DNA of 46,199 nucleotides from Octopus bimaculoides. Its lineage: Eukaryota. Made by a program: the position numbers and the translations under genes. The notes beneath the pieces were generated by a model. The model made no database searches and was not told the DNA's origin. It was given only the letters and a program-made list of their open reading frames with translations. Shown one piece after another: positions 34,733-44,346 of the stretch; position 1 is the stretch's first letter; each line of letters opens with the position of its first letter. The DNA is taken from NCBI RefSeq assembly GCF_001194135.2, contig NC_069004.1, forward strand, positions 32,043,785 through 32,089,983, in the 5' to 3' direction.

Positions 34733-35370
34733 CTTCACAACCGGTACTAGTGTGTTTATGTCCCCGTTACTTAGCAGTTCGGCAAAAGAAACCAACAGAA
34801 TAAGTTCTAGGCTTACAAAGAATAAGTCTTAGGTTTGATTTCTTTGGCTAATTGAGGGGAAAGGGCTAATTGAAGGAAAATGGTTAAATGGAGGGAAAAC
34901 GGTTAATTGAGGAAAAAGGGTTAATTGAGAGAAAATGCTTAATTGAGGGAAAAGGGTTGAGGGAAAAGTGTTAATTTAAGGGAAATATAAGGCCAACAAT
35001 TTTGAGGAAAAGGGTTGATGCCATCGACCCCAGTACTTGGCAGGTACCTTATTTTATTGATCCCTGAAAGGATGAAAAGAAAAGTCAGCCTTGGCTGGAT
35101 ATGAACTCAGAACATAAAGGATTGTAAGAACTAACATGAAACACTAGCAGAATAACAAATATAAGGAACAAAATATGGTGGAGGTTGGGAGTTAGGGTTC
35201 AAGTTAAGGTTAGGGAGTCAAGATAGAAAAATAATTTTTTTTTTTTTTTCTTTTTTTCAGACTTACTTTCTCCACATGGAAGAGAACATAGAAAACGTCA
35301 CATAGCCCAGCTTCTCTCCACCAGCACACCGGAACAACATACTTTTCCAATAAAGAGGAAAATTGAGGGC
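4383..35370 (-). CDS. PPP2R3A: PP2A regulatory subunit B'' (PR72/PR130, PPP2R3A/B family), 5'-partial spliced CDS: join(35267-35370, 25931-26033, 25773-25847, 17506-17592, 17093-17249, 16077-16125, 15664-15750, 15340-15484, 13994-14143, 13184-13281, 4383-4542)
   Basis: Manual splicing gives a continuous 404-aa frame with hallmark B'' motifs: [23 protein letters not shown]...[110 protein letters not shown]. All 10 introns are GT-AG with compatible phases. The A versus B paralogue assignment cannot be made from sequence alone. Confidence 0.97.
4797..5279 (+). mobile_element. Chimeric SINE: head of a second tRNA-SINE family (4797-4980) joined to a family A body and tail
   Basis: Head ATGGCTCAGTGGTTAGAG...GTTTGATTCC differs from family A; from GGCCGACCAAAGCC at 4981 onward it matches family A. 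Confidence 0.7.
5290..7130. repeat. Diverged tandem array of 11 units (mostly 167-194 bp) with conserved core GAGGGAGATTTAGCTGCTATTTCTAGCA
   Basis: Cores start at about 5290, 5482, 5594, 5788, 5968, 6143, 6310, 6486, 6530, 6572 and 7001. Secondary blocks TTATTTTGGYGGGTGACAAA and CATTCTTTTAAAACACT recur. Confidence 0.9.
6594..6995 (+). mobile_element. Full-length tRNA-derived CORE-like SINE (family A) inserted in the tandem array
   Basis: Head GTGGCTATGTGGTAAG..GGTTCAGTCCC (A/B-box-like), ACCTTGGG.AAGT CORE-like segment, central TA/TG microsatellite, tail GAAACAAGTAAAAGAGTAAAGAG; many near-identical copies in the window. Confidence 0.88.
8860..9310. repeat. Degenerate (TCTA/TCCA)n microsatellite field (a related GATG/GACA field at 16195-16380)
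   Basis: Read directly. Confidence 0.9.
9465..9845 (+). mobile_element. RTE-tailed SINE or LINE 3' UTR copy with internally duplicated GGTTGG..TTAGGAAGGGCATCCAGCTGTA block
   Basis: Block occurs three times (about 9543, 9641, 9806); tail ACCCATGCTAGC...GGACCTTAAATGATG. Confidence 0.7.
10856..11211 (-). mobile_element. Family A SINE, reverse orientation
   Basis: Reverse complement of the 6594-6995 copy. Confidence 0.87.
11224..11650 (+). mobile_element. Two head-to-tail family B SINEs (11224-11435 and 11453-11650)
   Basis: GAGTTCAAATT B-box and GACTTTGCCTTTCATCCTTT..GGTC...AATTAAGTACCA occur twice. Confidence 0.82.
11750..12037 (-). mobile_element. Family A SINE, reverse orientation, internally shortened
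   Basis: CCCAGGACTTATTCTTTGTAAGCC ... GGACTGAACCC ... CACAGCCATGCCTGCGCC. Confidence 0.83.
12092..12378 (+). mobile_element. tRNA-headed SINE of a separate family (also at 18040-18230 and 19570-19760 on the minus strand)
   Basis: GCATGGCTTAGTG...GGTTCGATTC boxes; CACTTCATTTCAC segment shared with the reverse copies. Confidence 0.6.
13184..13281 (-). CDS. PPP2R3A: PPP2R3 exon: [32 protein letters not shown]
   Basis: gttgcag|GAC ... AT|gtgagt; 98 nt, ends in phase 2; SDW..YA..EY motif. Confidence 0.95.
13438..13655 (+). mobile_element. Family B SINE (a truncated head also at 13330-13385)
   Basis: GGTGAGCTG...GAGTTCAAATTCCGCCGAGGTCAACTTTGCCTTTCATCC. Confidence 0.82.
13994..14143 (-). CDS. PPP2R3A: PPP2R3 exon: [50 protein letters not shown]
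   Basis: cttttag|ATG ... CGG|gtaggt; 150 nt. Confidence 0.97.
14291..14659. repeat. Long inverted repeat: arms 14291-14374 and 14582-14659, 207-nt spacer
   Basis: The reverse complement of the right arm matches the left arm at 74 of 78 positions apart from a 6-nt (TATTTT) insertion in the left arm. Confidence 0.93.
14923..15134. mobile_element. pogo/Tigger-like MITE
   Basis: Imperfect TIRs CAGTTATCCCTCGCCATTTTGCGG and CCGCGATAGTCGAGGGATTGA; AT-rich interior. Confidence 0.55.
15340..15484 (-). CDS. PPP2R3A: PPP2R3 exon with EF-hand 2: [48 protein letters not shown]
   Basis: ttttcag|T ... CAA|gtatat; 145 nt; canonical EF loop [12 protein letters not shown]. Confidence 0.97.
15664..15750 (-). 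CDS. PPP2R3A: PPP2R3 exon: [28 protein letters not shown](S)
   Basis: ttttgcag|A ... AG|gtaaga; 87 nt. Confidence 0.96.
15826..15975 (+). mobile_element. Family B SINE in the intron between the 16077 and 15750 exons
   Basis: Same head and Nin-like block as the other family B copies. Confidence 0.8.
16077..16125 (-). CDS. PPP2R3A: PPP2R3 exon: (A)[15 protein letters not shown](R)
   Basis: ttttccag|CC ... AG|gtaagt; 49 nt, phase 1 to 2; too short for the ORF track. Confidence 0.95.
17093..17249 (-). CDS. PPP2R3A: PPP2R3 exon with EF-hand 1: [52 protein letters not shown]
   Basis: ccaccag|ACT ... G|gtacgt; 157 nt; [12 protein letters not shown] motif plus DxDxD loop. Confidence 0.97.
17506..17592 (-). 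CDS. PPP2R3A: PPP2R3 exon: [29 protein letters not shown]
   Basis: cattcag|GTC ... CAG|gtaagt; 87 nt. Confidence 0.96.
18281..18677 (-). mobile_element. Family A SINE, reverse orientation
   Basis: TTTTACTTGCTTCAGTCA...GGAACTGAACCTGGAACCATGTGG. Confidence 0.85.
19797..19971. mobile_element. piggyBac-like MITE, 167 bp between TTAA target sites
   Basis: TTAA|CCCTTTTGACACC ... GGTAACGAAAGGG|TTAA; 13-bp TIR with 10/13 match; a truncated relative at 18755-18830. Confidence 0.78.
20380..20860. repeat. Purine-rich (GAAA/GA)n low-complexity tract
   Basis: Read directly. Confidence 0.9.
21319..21542. mobile_element. piggyBac-like MITE, second family, opposite orientation to 24472-24698
   Basis: TTAACCCTTTAG ... 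TGCTAAAGAATTAA; ACAATGTCATTCTAAAAAT is the reverse complement of the internal segment at 24585-24605. Confidence 0.75.
22960..23945. repeat. Degenerate (ACT/ACA/ACC)n trinucleotide fields (22960-23250 and 23520-23945)
   Basis: Read directly. Confidence 0.85.
24472..24698. mobile_element. piggyBac-like MITE, second family (~220 bp)
   Basis: TTAATCCTCTAGTATT ... AATGCTAAAGGGTTAA; internal sequence shared with 21319-21542 (inverted), 27444-27600 and 45800-46005. Confidence 0.75.
25255..25648 (+). mobile_element. 3' end of an RTE-clade non-LTR retrotransposon (degenerate ORF2 C-terminus plus 3' UTR)
   Basis: 25310-25450 reads [45 protein letters not shown], the GRGRPRK.W C-terminal motif typical of RTE ORF2; tail AACCCATGCCAGCAT..AAAA.GGACG.TAAATGATG. 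Confidence 0.75.
25773..25847 (-). CDS. PPP2R3A: PPP2R3 exon: [25 protein letters not shown]
   Basis: tttttcag|GAT ... ACG|gtgagt; 75 nt; follows an 83-nt intron. Confidence 0.96.
25931..26033 (-). CDS. PPP2R3A: PPP2R3 exon: (K)[34 protein letters not shown]
   Basis: tttcag|A ... CAG|gtaagt; 103 nt; HDDASKF..LLAKP motif. Confidence 0.94.
27661..27895 (-). mobile_element. RTE-clade 3' end, short 5'-truncated copy
   Basis: Minus strand reads [13 protein letters not shown] followed by the same AACCCATGCCAACATGGAAAACAGACGTTAAATGATGATG tail. Confidence 0.7.
27965..29020. repeat. Compound TG/GA/GAGT/CA/TA microsatellite field (similar fields at 30530-31130, 33840-34360, 40540-41690)
   Basis: Read directly. 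Confidence 0.9.
29640..29962 (-). mobile_element. Family B SINE carrying an internal 8 x 17-bp expansion
   Basis: TGGTACTTATTTCATCG...GGCAAAGTCGA...GAATTTGAACTC; CTGGCGTACTAACGAGT x8 at 29809-29944. Confidence 0.83.
31911..32300 (+). mobile_element. Family A SINE, full length
   Basis: GGCGCAGGGGTGGCTG...GGGTTCAGTCCC...GAAACAAGTAAAAG. Confidence 0.88.
32540..32920 (+). mobile_element. RTE-tailed SINE-like element ending in ATGATG then a degenerate (ATT)n tract
   Basis: GTGGTTGGCGTTAGGAAGGGCATCCAGCTGTAGAAAC...AACCCATGCTAGCATGGAAAGCGGACGTTAAATGATG. Confidence 0.75.
32921..33220. repeat. Degenerate (ATT)n microsatellite
   Basis: Read directly. Confidence 0.95.
34503..34845 (+). mobile_element. 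Family A SINE, 3'-truncated
   Basis: AGGCATGGCTGTGTGGTAAG...AAAGAATAAGTC. Confidence 0.85.
34849..35018. repeat. 18-bp minisatellite TAATTGAGGGAAAAGGGT, about 8-9 diverged copies
   Basis: Read directly. Confidence 0.85.
35020..35125 (-). mobile_element. Family B SINE fragment
   Basis: ATCGACCCCAGTACTTGG..GGTAC...GAAAGGATGAAA...AAAGTC. Confidence 0.65.
35267..35370 (-). CDS. PPP2R3A: PPP2R3 exon (first visible): [34 protein letters not shown](K)
   Basis: Acceptor tttttgcag|GCC, donor AA|gtaagt; 104 nt, phase 0 to 2; matches the vertebrate PR72 CPLYWKAPMFRAAGGEKTGFVT..MWRK segment. Confidence 0.93.
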
Positions 35371-35583
35371 CTGCAAAAAGAAAAAAAAACACATGAATAG
35401 ATGGAGATAAATAAGCAAATATATTTATTGATAATTTAATATACACCGTTACAAAAGAGCCACCAACGGTTTTATGCAATGGTACGCATTAAAACTAATA
35501 ATGGCTTCTTTGTAATTGTGTATGTTAAATGATATTTATCTATCACCAGATGTTTTTTGGTTGAATGTACCTATGATGGAGCC

Positions 35584-35622
<39 letters not shown>

Positions 35623-36197
35623 GAGAATTTACGAAAAAAACAACAACAGACGAGGAAAGGTGGTGTAAACATATATATTGCATGATACAAACAAGTAGGC
35701 AATATTTTTTTTCTTCGAATGCAGTGTTGCCATTAGAATGGCAGAAACAATGGGTAATATTACCCTTAGAAAGCAGAAAAAGTCATCAACAAACAGCTAT
35801 GGCATGGTTTCTATGACCGGCTGGCCTTCCTAATGCCAACCACTCCAAGAGTGTAATGAGTGCTTATTCCACAAAAAGTATTGAGAAATCTTTCAGTTTA
35901 TTGTGAAATTGTCTTTATTACAACTCAACATAAAAAACAAACGTACGTGCATATATATGTGTGTGTGTGTGTGTGTATGGATTAAAACTCTTGTAATAAA
36001 AGATCAAGGAGACTAAAACTCAAAGAGAACTCAATACAAGGTAATAACTGTAGACAGAATCTGTATATTTTTACAGATTCTTTGCTAAAACAATAAATCT
36101 GGAAAAAAAATTATCTTAGACATTATTATGCACCCACCCAAGTTTTAAATTGACACCATTTATTTTAAAATCTTACACTTTAATTGATGTGTATGGA

Positions 36198-36236
<39 letters not shown>

Positions 36237-36420
36237 ATATGTATGTATGTATGTATATATAAAACCATGTTTATAAACTGACATTACAAAGATAAACAAG
36301 ACATACAAAGCAATCGCAGATACAGACACATTAAACACACCTATATACACATGTGTAGATTTAATATAATGTGTGTGTGTGTGTGTGTGTGTGTATAAAC
36401 AAAAAGTGAAAAGACAGGAA

Positions 36421-36465
<45 letters not shown>

Positions 36466-36756
36466 ACAGATTAGGATCTGAATAAAAAAAACTGCAAAAG
36501 ACATTTTCTGAAGAATTTTGAAGAGCTCCTTTGGTAAGGGTTGGGGTGGGGTTAGGGTATATAATTTCTCAAAAACTGGAACCAAGAAGAATGCCAAATT
36601 CTATCTGTCTGTCTGTTTGTCTGTCCTGCTGGATTTGCATTGGAGAATGTATGGCAGAAGGGGTAGTCGTGTTCATGGTGGTACTACTACTACTACTACT
36701 AATACTACTACTACTACTACACACACTATGACAAATTTAACCAAATATGCTTATCT

Positions 36757-36965
36757 TTTATCTTTTACTTGCTTCAGTCACTGGACTGTGGCCATGCTAG
36801 GGCACCACATTGACAGACTTTTAGTCAAATGAATGGAGCCCAGTACTTATATTTTGTTCTGCCCAGTACTTAGTCTATCAGTCTGTTTTGACAAACCGTT
36901 AAGTTACAGGGACGTAAACAAACCAACGCCAGTTTTCAAGCAGTAATGGAGGGGCAGAAACAGAC
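36757..36965 (-). mobile_element. Family A SINE, 3' half, reverse orientation
   Basis: TTTTACTTGCTTCAGTCA...GGGACGTAAACA. Confidence 0.75.
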
Positions 36966-36970
36966 AGACA

Positions 36971-37018
<48 letters not shown>

Positions 37019-37381
37019 AATAAGTAAATAAAATGCAACTACATGTGGATTGTTGGTGATTTGAAGGGTACATGTTCACCCTTCCCTTGAGACGTTTTTA
37101 ACTAGAGACCTCACCACTAGTCACACACAAATCCATCTAATTTAAAATATGTATTTTAATTAGCATATTCATCTGCTAAAGTATGTATTTTAATACAGAT
37201 TTATTTGCTATGACTTTTGTTACACAGACATTATCAAATCTATATCAACCAGATTTAAACCGTCCCTCACATTATATATATATAGTTAATTCAAGGATGT
37301 CAGGTCCTCCTCATTAGGGATTAGATAATCCAAAAATTTCCCTGGTTAATCCCTATCATATAAGGAGAAAGTCCTGATGAT

Positions 37382-37644
37382 ATTCTTTTACTTGTTTCAG
37401 TCATTTGACTGTGGCCATGTTGGAGCACCGCATTTAGTCGAGCAAACCGCCCCCAGGACTTATTCTTTGTAAGCCTAGTACTTATTCTATCGGTCTCTTT
37501 TGCCGAACCACTAAGTGACGGGAACGTAAACACACCAGCACCAGTTGTCAAGCGATGTGGGGGGAGGGGGCACAAACATATACACACNNNNNNNNNNNNN
37601 NNNNNNNNNNNNNNNNNNNNATATATATACACCCGTTGTGTGTC

Positions 37645-37684
<40 letters not shown>

Positions 37685-37848
37685 TATATACATACACAAC
37701 AAGCTTCTTTAACTTTCTGTCTACCAAATCCACTCACAAGGCTTTGGTTGGCCCGAGGCTATAGTAGTAGACACGTGCCCATGATGCCACGCAGTTGGAC
37801 TGAACCCGGAACCATGTGGTTCGAAAGCAAGCTACTTACCACACAGTC
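37382..37848 (-). mobile_element. Family A SINE, full length, reverse orientation (contains a small N gap)
   Basis: Reverse complement of the family A consensus seen at 31911. Confidence 0.87.
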
Positions 37849-38699
37849 AGGTTTGTGCCTATGTTAGAGATTATTATAGTAATACACATTGTTAATAATG
37901 AAAGGAAATGGAGAATTATGGATGTTTAAATAATTTATTTGCATGATTCATACATCCATAATTCACCATTTTCTTTCTTTCTTTTATATTTATATATACA
38001 TAGAGAGAGAGAGAGAGAGAGAGAGAGAAACTTGGTGATACAAACAGGAAACACAGAATTCAAAACATGTGTATACATACATATATATATATATAGCAGA
38101 AGCAACAGGCTCAAGGGCCAACAGTTCCATGCATTAGCACTTATCACTCGATAAGTGCTAACACACAAATCTCTCAATCCTTGAGTCAAACTGTTGCTTC
38201 TCTGAAATATACATACACACACACACACATGCATACACACAAACACTTGAGTACTTGAGTTCTCAATAATGACAGAGCTATTGTTGAACAATGTATGTGA
38301 TGGAAGTTTGTAATGAAAGTATGAAGATGGAAATAAAAATGCCAAAATAAAAGGAAATTAAAAATAAGGAAAAACGTCATCCCTGTATCACAAAACATTA
38401 TAGACTCAATTGCTTTTAATATGTCCAATATGTCCAATAGTCAAATGATTCACTGGTTTTTCCATATACAGTTGTTTTCTACAATAACTGCTCTCTCTAA
38501 TTTCACAAATGCAGTACACATGTGTGTTCCAACCGATAAAAATACATCCATATTTATACATGGGTGCATGGTCTTACAAACAAGCTACATACATTTCTTT
38601 TTCAAAAACTTTCAACAGACACCAGGTTTAGTCTATGCAAAACTGTGTATTTGCAACATACTTGACATATTCCATGCAAAAGCTACAAATGTACATAAT

Positions 38700-38910
38700 A
38701 AGCTGTCCTCTTCTTTTAGACTCCATGTCCAGAATGTAGGACATGGGTGATCACGTCTTGCCAAGGTTTTCTGTTCTTTCTTGTAACAATTCCATTTCCT
38801 GATGTTTTATGTCTCTGGTTCTTCCAACCGGTTCTTTCAAGCTTCACATCCACATCATCTCTCTCCTTCCTCTGCTTCTGTCTCCATCAATCTTTCCATT
38901 CTCACTAAAT
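38700..38910 (-). mobile_element. Degenerate RTE-like LINE 3' end, second subfamily
   Basis: Minus strand GKIDGDRSRGRR..W and, after a frameshift, WQDVITHVLHSGHGV*; typical RTE C-terminal pattern. Confidence 0.5.
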
Positions 38911-38965
38911 TACCTCCCAGGAGACGGACATTAGGTGATGATGATGATGATAATACATATATGAG

Positions 38966-39256
38966 GGTCTTCTACTATAGCCTCAAGTCAACCAAAGCCT
39001 TGTGAATAGATCTGGTAGACAGAAACTAAAAGAAGCCTGTTCGTGTGTGTGTGTGTGTGTGTTTGTCCCACCACTGCTTGACAACTGGTGTTGGTGTTGT
39101 GTTCATACCCCCCACCTCTGAAACAACTTTGTGGTTCAGCTAAAGAGATCGACAGAATAAGTACAAGGTAATAAGTACAGGTGTCCATTCATTTGACTGA
39201 AATTCTTCAAGGCGGTGCCCCAGCATGACCAAAATCTGACAGAAACAAGTAAAAGA
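38966..39256 (+). mobile_element. Family A SINE, 5'-truncated
   Basis: TCTTCTACTATAGCC...GAAACAAGTAAAAGA. Confidence 0.78.
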
Positions 39257-39517
39257 TGCACACACACACACATAACAGAGAGAAAGGGAGAGGTCATTGT
39301 ATTGAGCTATAAATGTACATTTTCCAAGTCGATATGATACGAGTCAGATGAGTGAAGAGGATCCGGTGGATCGGAGAGCCCCATTACACTCCAATGTCAT
39401 GGGTATCGCATAGTTTCCACAACTGGGCGTCCTTCCTAACACAAGCCACTTTACAGAACACTTCCACCTCGGAAGTGACAGGTTAGCCTCACATATTTAT
39501 CTTACAACAAAACAATG

Positions 39518-39571
<54 letters not shown>

Positions 39572-39803
39572 TATTCTTGATGACCAGAAAAAAAAATCAA
39601 CCAAATTGTAATATTGTATTGGCAAGAGTACAACACCCACTGAAGAGAATAGATGGGACCACAACATATAAATAGTTGAGGTCTGACGTAGTCAGCAGTT
39701 CATAGTTTGGGCTTCGAAGTTCCAAGTACAGTTTACAGTTCGAGTTTCTTGGAAATATGAACTGTTGGTTCGTTACGTGATTATTACTACCATTGTTTCT
39801 ATT

Positions 39804-39847
39804 TGGATTTGGTAGACGGAAACTGAAAGAAGCCCATCGTATATATG

Positions 39848-39880
<33 letters not shown>

Positions 39881-40280
39881 ATATGTTTGTGTGTCTGTGT
39901 TTGTCCCCCCCCCCACCACCATCGTTTGACAACCGATGCTGGTGTGTTTATGTCCCTGCAACTTAGCGGTTCAGCTAAGAGACCGATAGAATGAGTACTA
40001 GGCTTACAAAGAATAAGTCCTGGGGTTAATTTGTTCGACTAAACGGCAGTGCTCCAGCATGGCTGCAGTCAAATGACTGAAACAATTAAAAGAAGAAAAA
40101 AAAAAGAAGACTACGATGGGCATCTTTCAGTTTCCTTCTACCAAATCCACTCATAAGGCTTTGGCTGGCCTGTGGATATAGTGGAAGACACTTGTTCAAG
40201 GTCAAGGTGTCACATAGTGGGACTGAACCCGGAACCATGTGTTTGGGAAGCAAGCTTCAATCCTCACAGCCATGCCTACG
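39804..40280. mobile_element. Adjacent inverted family A SINEs: 39804-40095 (+) and 40112-40280 (-)
   Basis: TGGATTTGGTAGACGGAAACTGAAAGAAGCCCATCGTA (39804-39841) versus TACGATGGGCATCTTTCAGTTTCCTTCTACCAAATCCA (40112-40149). Confidence 0.82.
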
Positions 40281-40918
40281 CATATAAGCAAATAAAATTG
40301 TGAAGGTTTATCACTAATTGAATGGAGCCAAGTCTCAGATCTATAGAGGAGGTAGAGATGAGAGTATGTGACCTTCATACCTTTCTCAAAGACATTACGG
40401 AATAATTAGAAGCATCTGTGAAGAATTACAAGGAAGTTAAATGTCATTAAAGACAAAACAAAAACCAGGTCACATTTTAACAGAATAAAACAGAGACGAA
40501 GCAGAACTCAGATGCTTCAACCATACGGTGTGTAGGTATATGTATTTCTGCACATGTGTGTGTGTGTATGTGTGTGTGTGTGTGAAAGTATGTGTATGTG
40601 TCTAGGTGTGTGTGTGTGTGTTTGTATGCATATGTTAGAAAAGGTATGTGTGTCTGGATATGTATGTGTATATTCATTAGTGTTTGTAAAGGTGTGTGTG
40701 TGTGTGTGTGCATTAATTGACAGTATGTGTATGCCTGTGTCTGCATGAATGTGTGTGTGTGTGTGTGTGTGCATGTGTGTGTGTGTGTGTGCGTATGTAT
40801 ATGCATGTTTGTAAATATATATGATCATGTGCCTCTAGATGTTTGGATACATAGGTGTGTGTGTAGGTATATATATATATATATATATATTTATTATATA
40901 CATGTGTGCGTGTCTGGA

Positions 40919-40970
<52 letters not shown>

Positions 40971-41377
40971 CACACACACATGTATGTATGTATCTACATA
41001 CATATGCACGCATGTGTGTGTGTGTGTGCAGGTAGATGGCTGTGTGTGGCCTCATCCAACAAATTTCTCAAGTGTTACAAAGACAATATAACTGTATTCC
41101 AAAATAAATACGCCCAACCCCCATCAGCCTTCCATCCTTGCCTCCCACTCACCAACACCGTGTTTTTTTTTTCCTTAATATAGGAACCGTGTTAGCAGAT
41201 TTAAGTAGCTTATCTTTATCATAATGCTTGCCTCTTGCCATTCAAAGACACACACACACACACACACACACAGATACAAAGACATACATATACACAGGCA
41301 TACAGATACAGACGTACAGACAGACAAACCCATGCTGGCACCAAATTGTCAAGAGAATTTAAGAATTATGGTAGTAG

Positions 41378-41445
<68 letters not shown>

Positions 41446-41538
41446 GTATATATATATATATATGACACACATACATAAACACATATATATATACACACAC
41501 ATACACATGCACACAAACATGTACGTACACACAGCATA

Positions 41539-41618
<80 letters not shown>

Positions 41619-42219
41619 TAGATACATGCAAACTCATATATATATACACACACATACACAACCCATACACACACCCATATATATTTCATACCTTGCAGAT
41701 ATCAACATCAAAGATATTTAGAAAGAACAACTTCAGAGTGAAAACGAGTCTTCAGGTCAGATCCTGGCATAAATAATAGACATTTTGGTGGAGGAAAATA
41801 CTAGAAAATTCTACAGAAACAATATTATTAATTAACTGTTTTATCTAACAATATAATCTCTTAAATTATCAACACACGCAAGAACATTAATTATCGTTTG
41901 GTCTTTTGTGGTTCATTGAAAAATAAAGGGTAAGTTTGGTGTAGAGAATATTTCATTTCATTCCATGGCTGTGTGGTTCAGAAGCTTGCCTGCTTGCTTC
42001 CAAACCATGTGGTCTCAGGTTCAGTCCCATTGCACAGCACTTTGAGCAAGTGGGTTCTTAGATAACCCTGTGATGACTAAAGCATTGTGAGTGGATTTCA
42101 TATGGATTCTATGGTTGGATACCTTCCCAAACAACAACTGCTTCAGAGTGTAAGGGGTGCTTTTATACACACACACACAGAGTATACCATCATCATCATC
42201 ATTTAAAGCGGACATTAAA

Positions 42220-42860
42220 CGATGATGATGATATTCACGGTGGTTTTCAGCTTTGTTATTTCCAAGAAAATTTGCCAGTGCCGTCTGACTGGCTCTCGTA
42301 CCAGTGGCATGTAAAGAGCACCATTCAAGCATGGTCGATGCCAGTACTGCTCATAGATATATCTGTGTGTGTACATGTAGGTGAGTATGTGTTCCTGTCT
42401 TGACATCATATATGGTCATAAATGAGCATTGTTGTCATACAAGCCATGTTGTTCACTTCCAATCTTCTGTTAAAAACATTTTCCTGCTTGGAAACAGATA
42501 AGGGTTGGTGACAGGAAGGGCTTCCAGCTGTAGAAAATCTGTTTCAATAAATTCTGTCTAACCCATGCAAGTGTGGAAAAGTGGACTCGAGGACCATGAC
42601 GATGATGATGAGAGTGTGTTCTTCACATTGTATTGATAGTTGTAAACGAGTGTCACCGTCATACAAACAGTGTTGTTCATTTCCAGTATTCTACTGGAAT
42701 GTGTCATGCTATGGAGGAAATATTAGCTAGCATGGAAAAGGGCGAGGGTTGGTAACAGGGAAGGCATCCATCTGCCGACTGCAGAAAACCTGCCTCAACT
42801 CAAATTCCCACAAAACCAAGCAAGCATGGAGAAGTAAATATCAAAATGATTATGATGATG
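42220..42860. mobile_element. Cluster of decayed RTE-tail element fragments
   Basis: GGTTGGTGACAGGAAGGGCTTCCAGCTGTAGAAAA and AACCCATGCAAGTGTGGAAAAGTGGAC motifs occur twice. Confidence 0.55.
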
Positions 42861-43149
42861 TAGCCTACTTAGGCAGAGCAGGCCTGGGGCTAAACAAAAA
42901 AAAAAAATTTTAATCTACAACTAATGATACTTAACCTCAACACCATCACCATGGCACTGACACAACATGACCATTATGCTACCACCCATACCACCCACCA
43001 CTATCTACTACTACAAGTGCTATATCACTAAACAAGTACCACCACCACCACCACCACTACAGAATAGGGAATATGAATCACCATCTTATTTTAGAAGGCT
43101 TTGAACAAGATAAACTTGTCAGCTCCCGTGTGTGTTTATGTATACACTC

Positions 43150-43209
<60 letters not shown>

Positions 43210-44346
43210 CACATACACGTGTATACAGGGTGTGAGGAGATGGTATATAGAAAGTTTATATTTATTTCATGTTTACTAATCCCTGCAAAGCAGGTATTGG
43301 TGGTGGTGGGTAGACAGGAGGGGATGTGGACCAGTGTGGTGGTGGTGGTGGTGGTGGTAGTGATGGTGACGATGATGGCAGTGGTGGTGGTGGTGGTGGT
43401 GGTGGTGGCTATACTGATTGTGTAACACTGTAGTAATGGTTAAAGTTGCAGCTGATGGATGGTAAGGATCTTTTGATGGATGTTTACAGTAGACAGCAGT
43501 GGTGGTAGTCATGGTGGAGGTAGGTATAAATGATGTGATGGTGGCGGCAGTGATGCTGGGAGTTATAAATGGTGGTGGTGGCGGTTACAAAAGGCGTGGT
43601 GTTAGTGGTTGATGGTTGAGGTGGTAGTGGTTAATGTTGATGGAGGTAGTTATAGATGGTCTACAATTCATCTACATACAGTAATCCCGCCATATCGTGG
43701 TTTATTTATTTAAGCTTACCTCAATTCCTCCATGGTGTTGTTTTGCATTTATAATAAAATAAATATATATAAATTATAAAAAAAAAAAAAAGATATGGGT
43801 TCAGTCCCACTGTGTGGTACCTTGGGCAAGTGTCTTCCACTATACTTCTCTCTATTTTTATAGAATAAATAACGACCATGAACTAATTATTTTCGTTGTT
43901 TCTCTGTCATTCTTTCTCTGTGGTGGTGGTGGTGGTGGTTTCAGCAGTATTGGTCATCTACAGCTACCCAATGTGTTCTTCACTGATTTTTAAGACAAAA
44001 AGAAGGAAGATTTGGCTGCTATTTCCAGTAGATTTCAAGACCACACAGAAGCTCCCTTACTGACAACACAAAGTCAATGGTAGTGGTGGTGGCAATAGTG
44101 GTAGTGGTGGTGGTGGTGGTGGTGGTGGTGGTGGTGGTGGTGATGGTTGTAGTGATAACAACAGTGGTATTTCCAGCTAATTTCTGGGTTAATTCTTTCA
44201 GTTTGTACTGCTTAACTCCTCTCAGATTCTATAAACAGTTTTTTTCAACAATTACTAACTTCCTACTCACATTCCCTGTATATATATATATATTTTATAT
44301 GTGTGTGTATATATATATATACATATATATACACATATATATATAT

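Noticed and set aside
35186-35216. Interstitial telomeric repeat
   Set aside because: Only two separated TTAGGG hexamers; expected by chance
27852-41776. Numerous YIYI/VCVC/HTHT, poly-I, poly-V, poly-H and poly-W ORFs
   Set aside because: Translations of TA, TG/CA, ATT and ACC microsatellites
41692-41810. Minus-strand segment ending TGC AAG|gtatga as the missing upstream exon
   Set aside because: In-frame TGA between the available acceptors and the donor; no similarity to the expected IPRFYFP region
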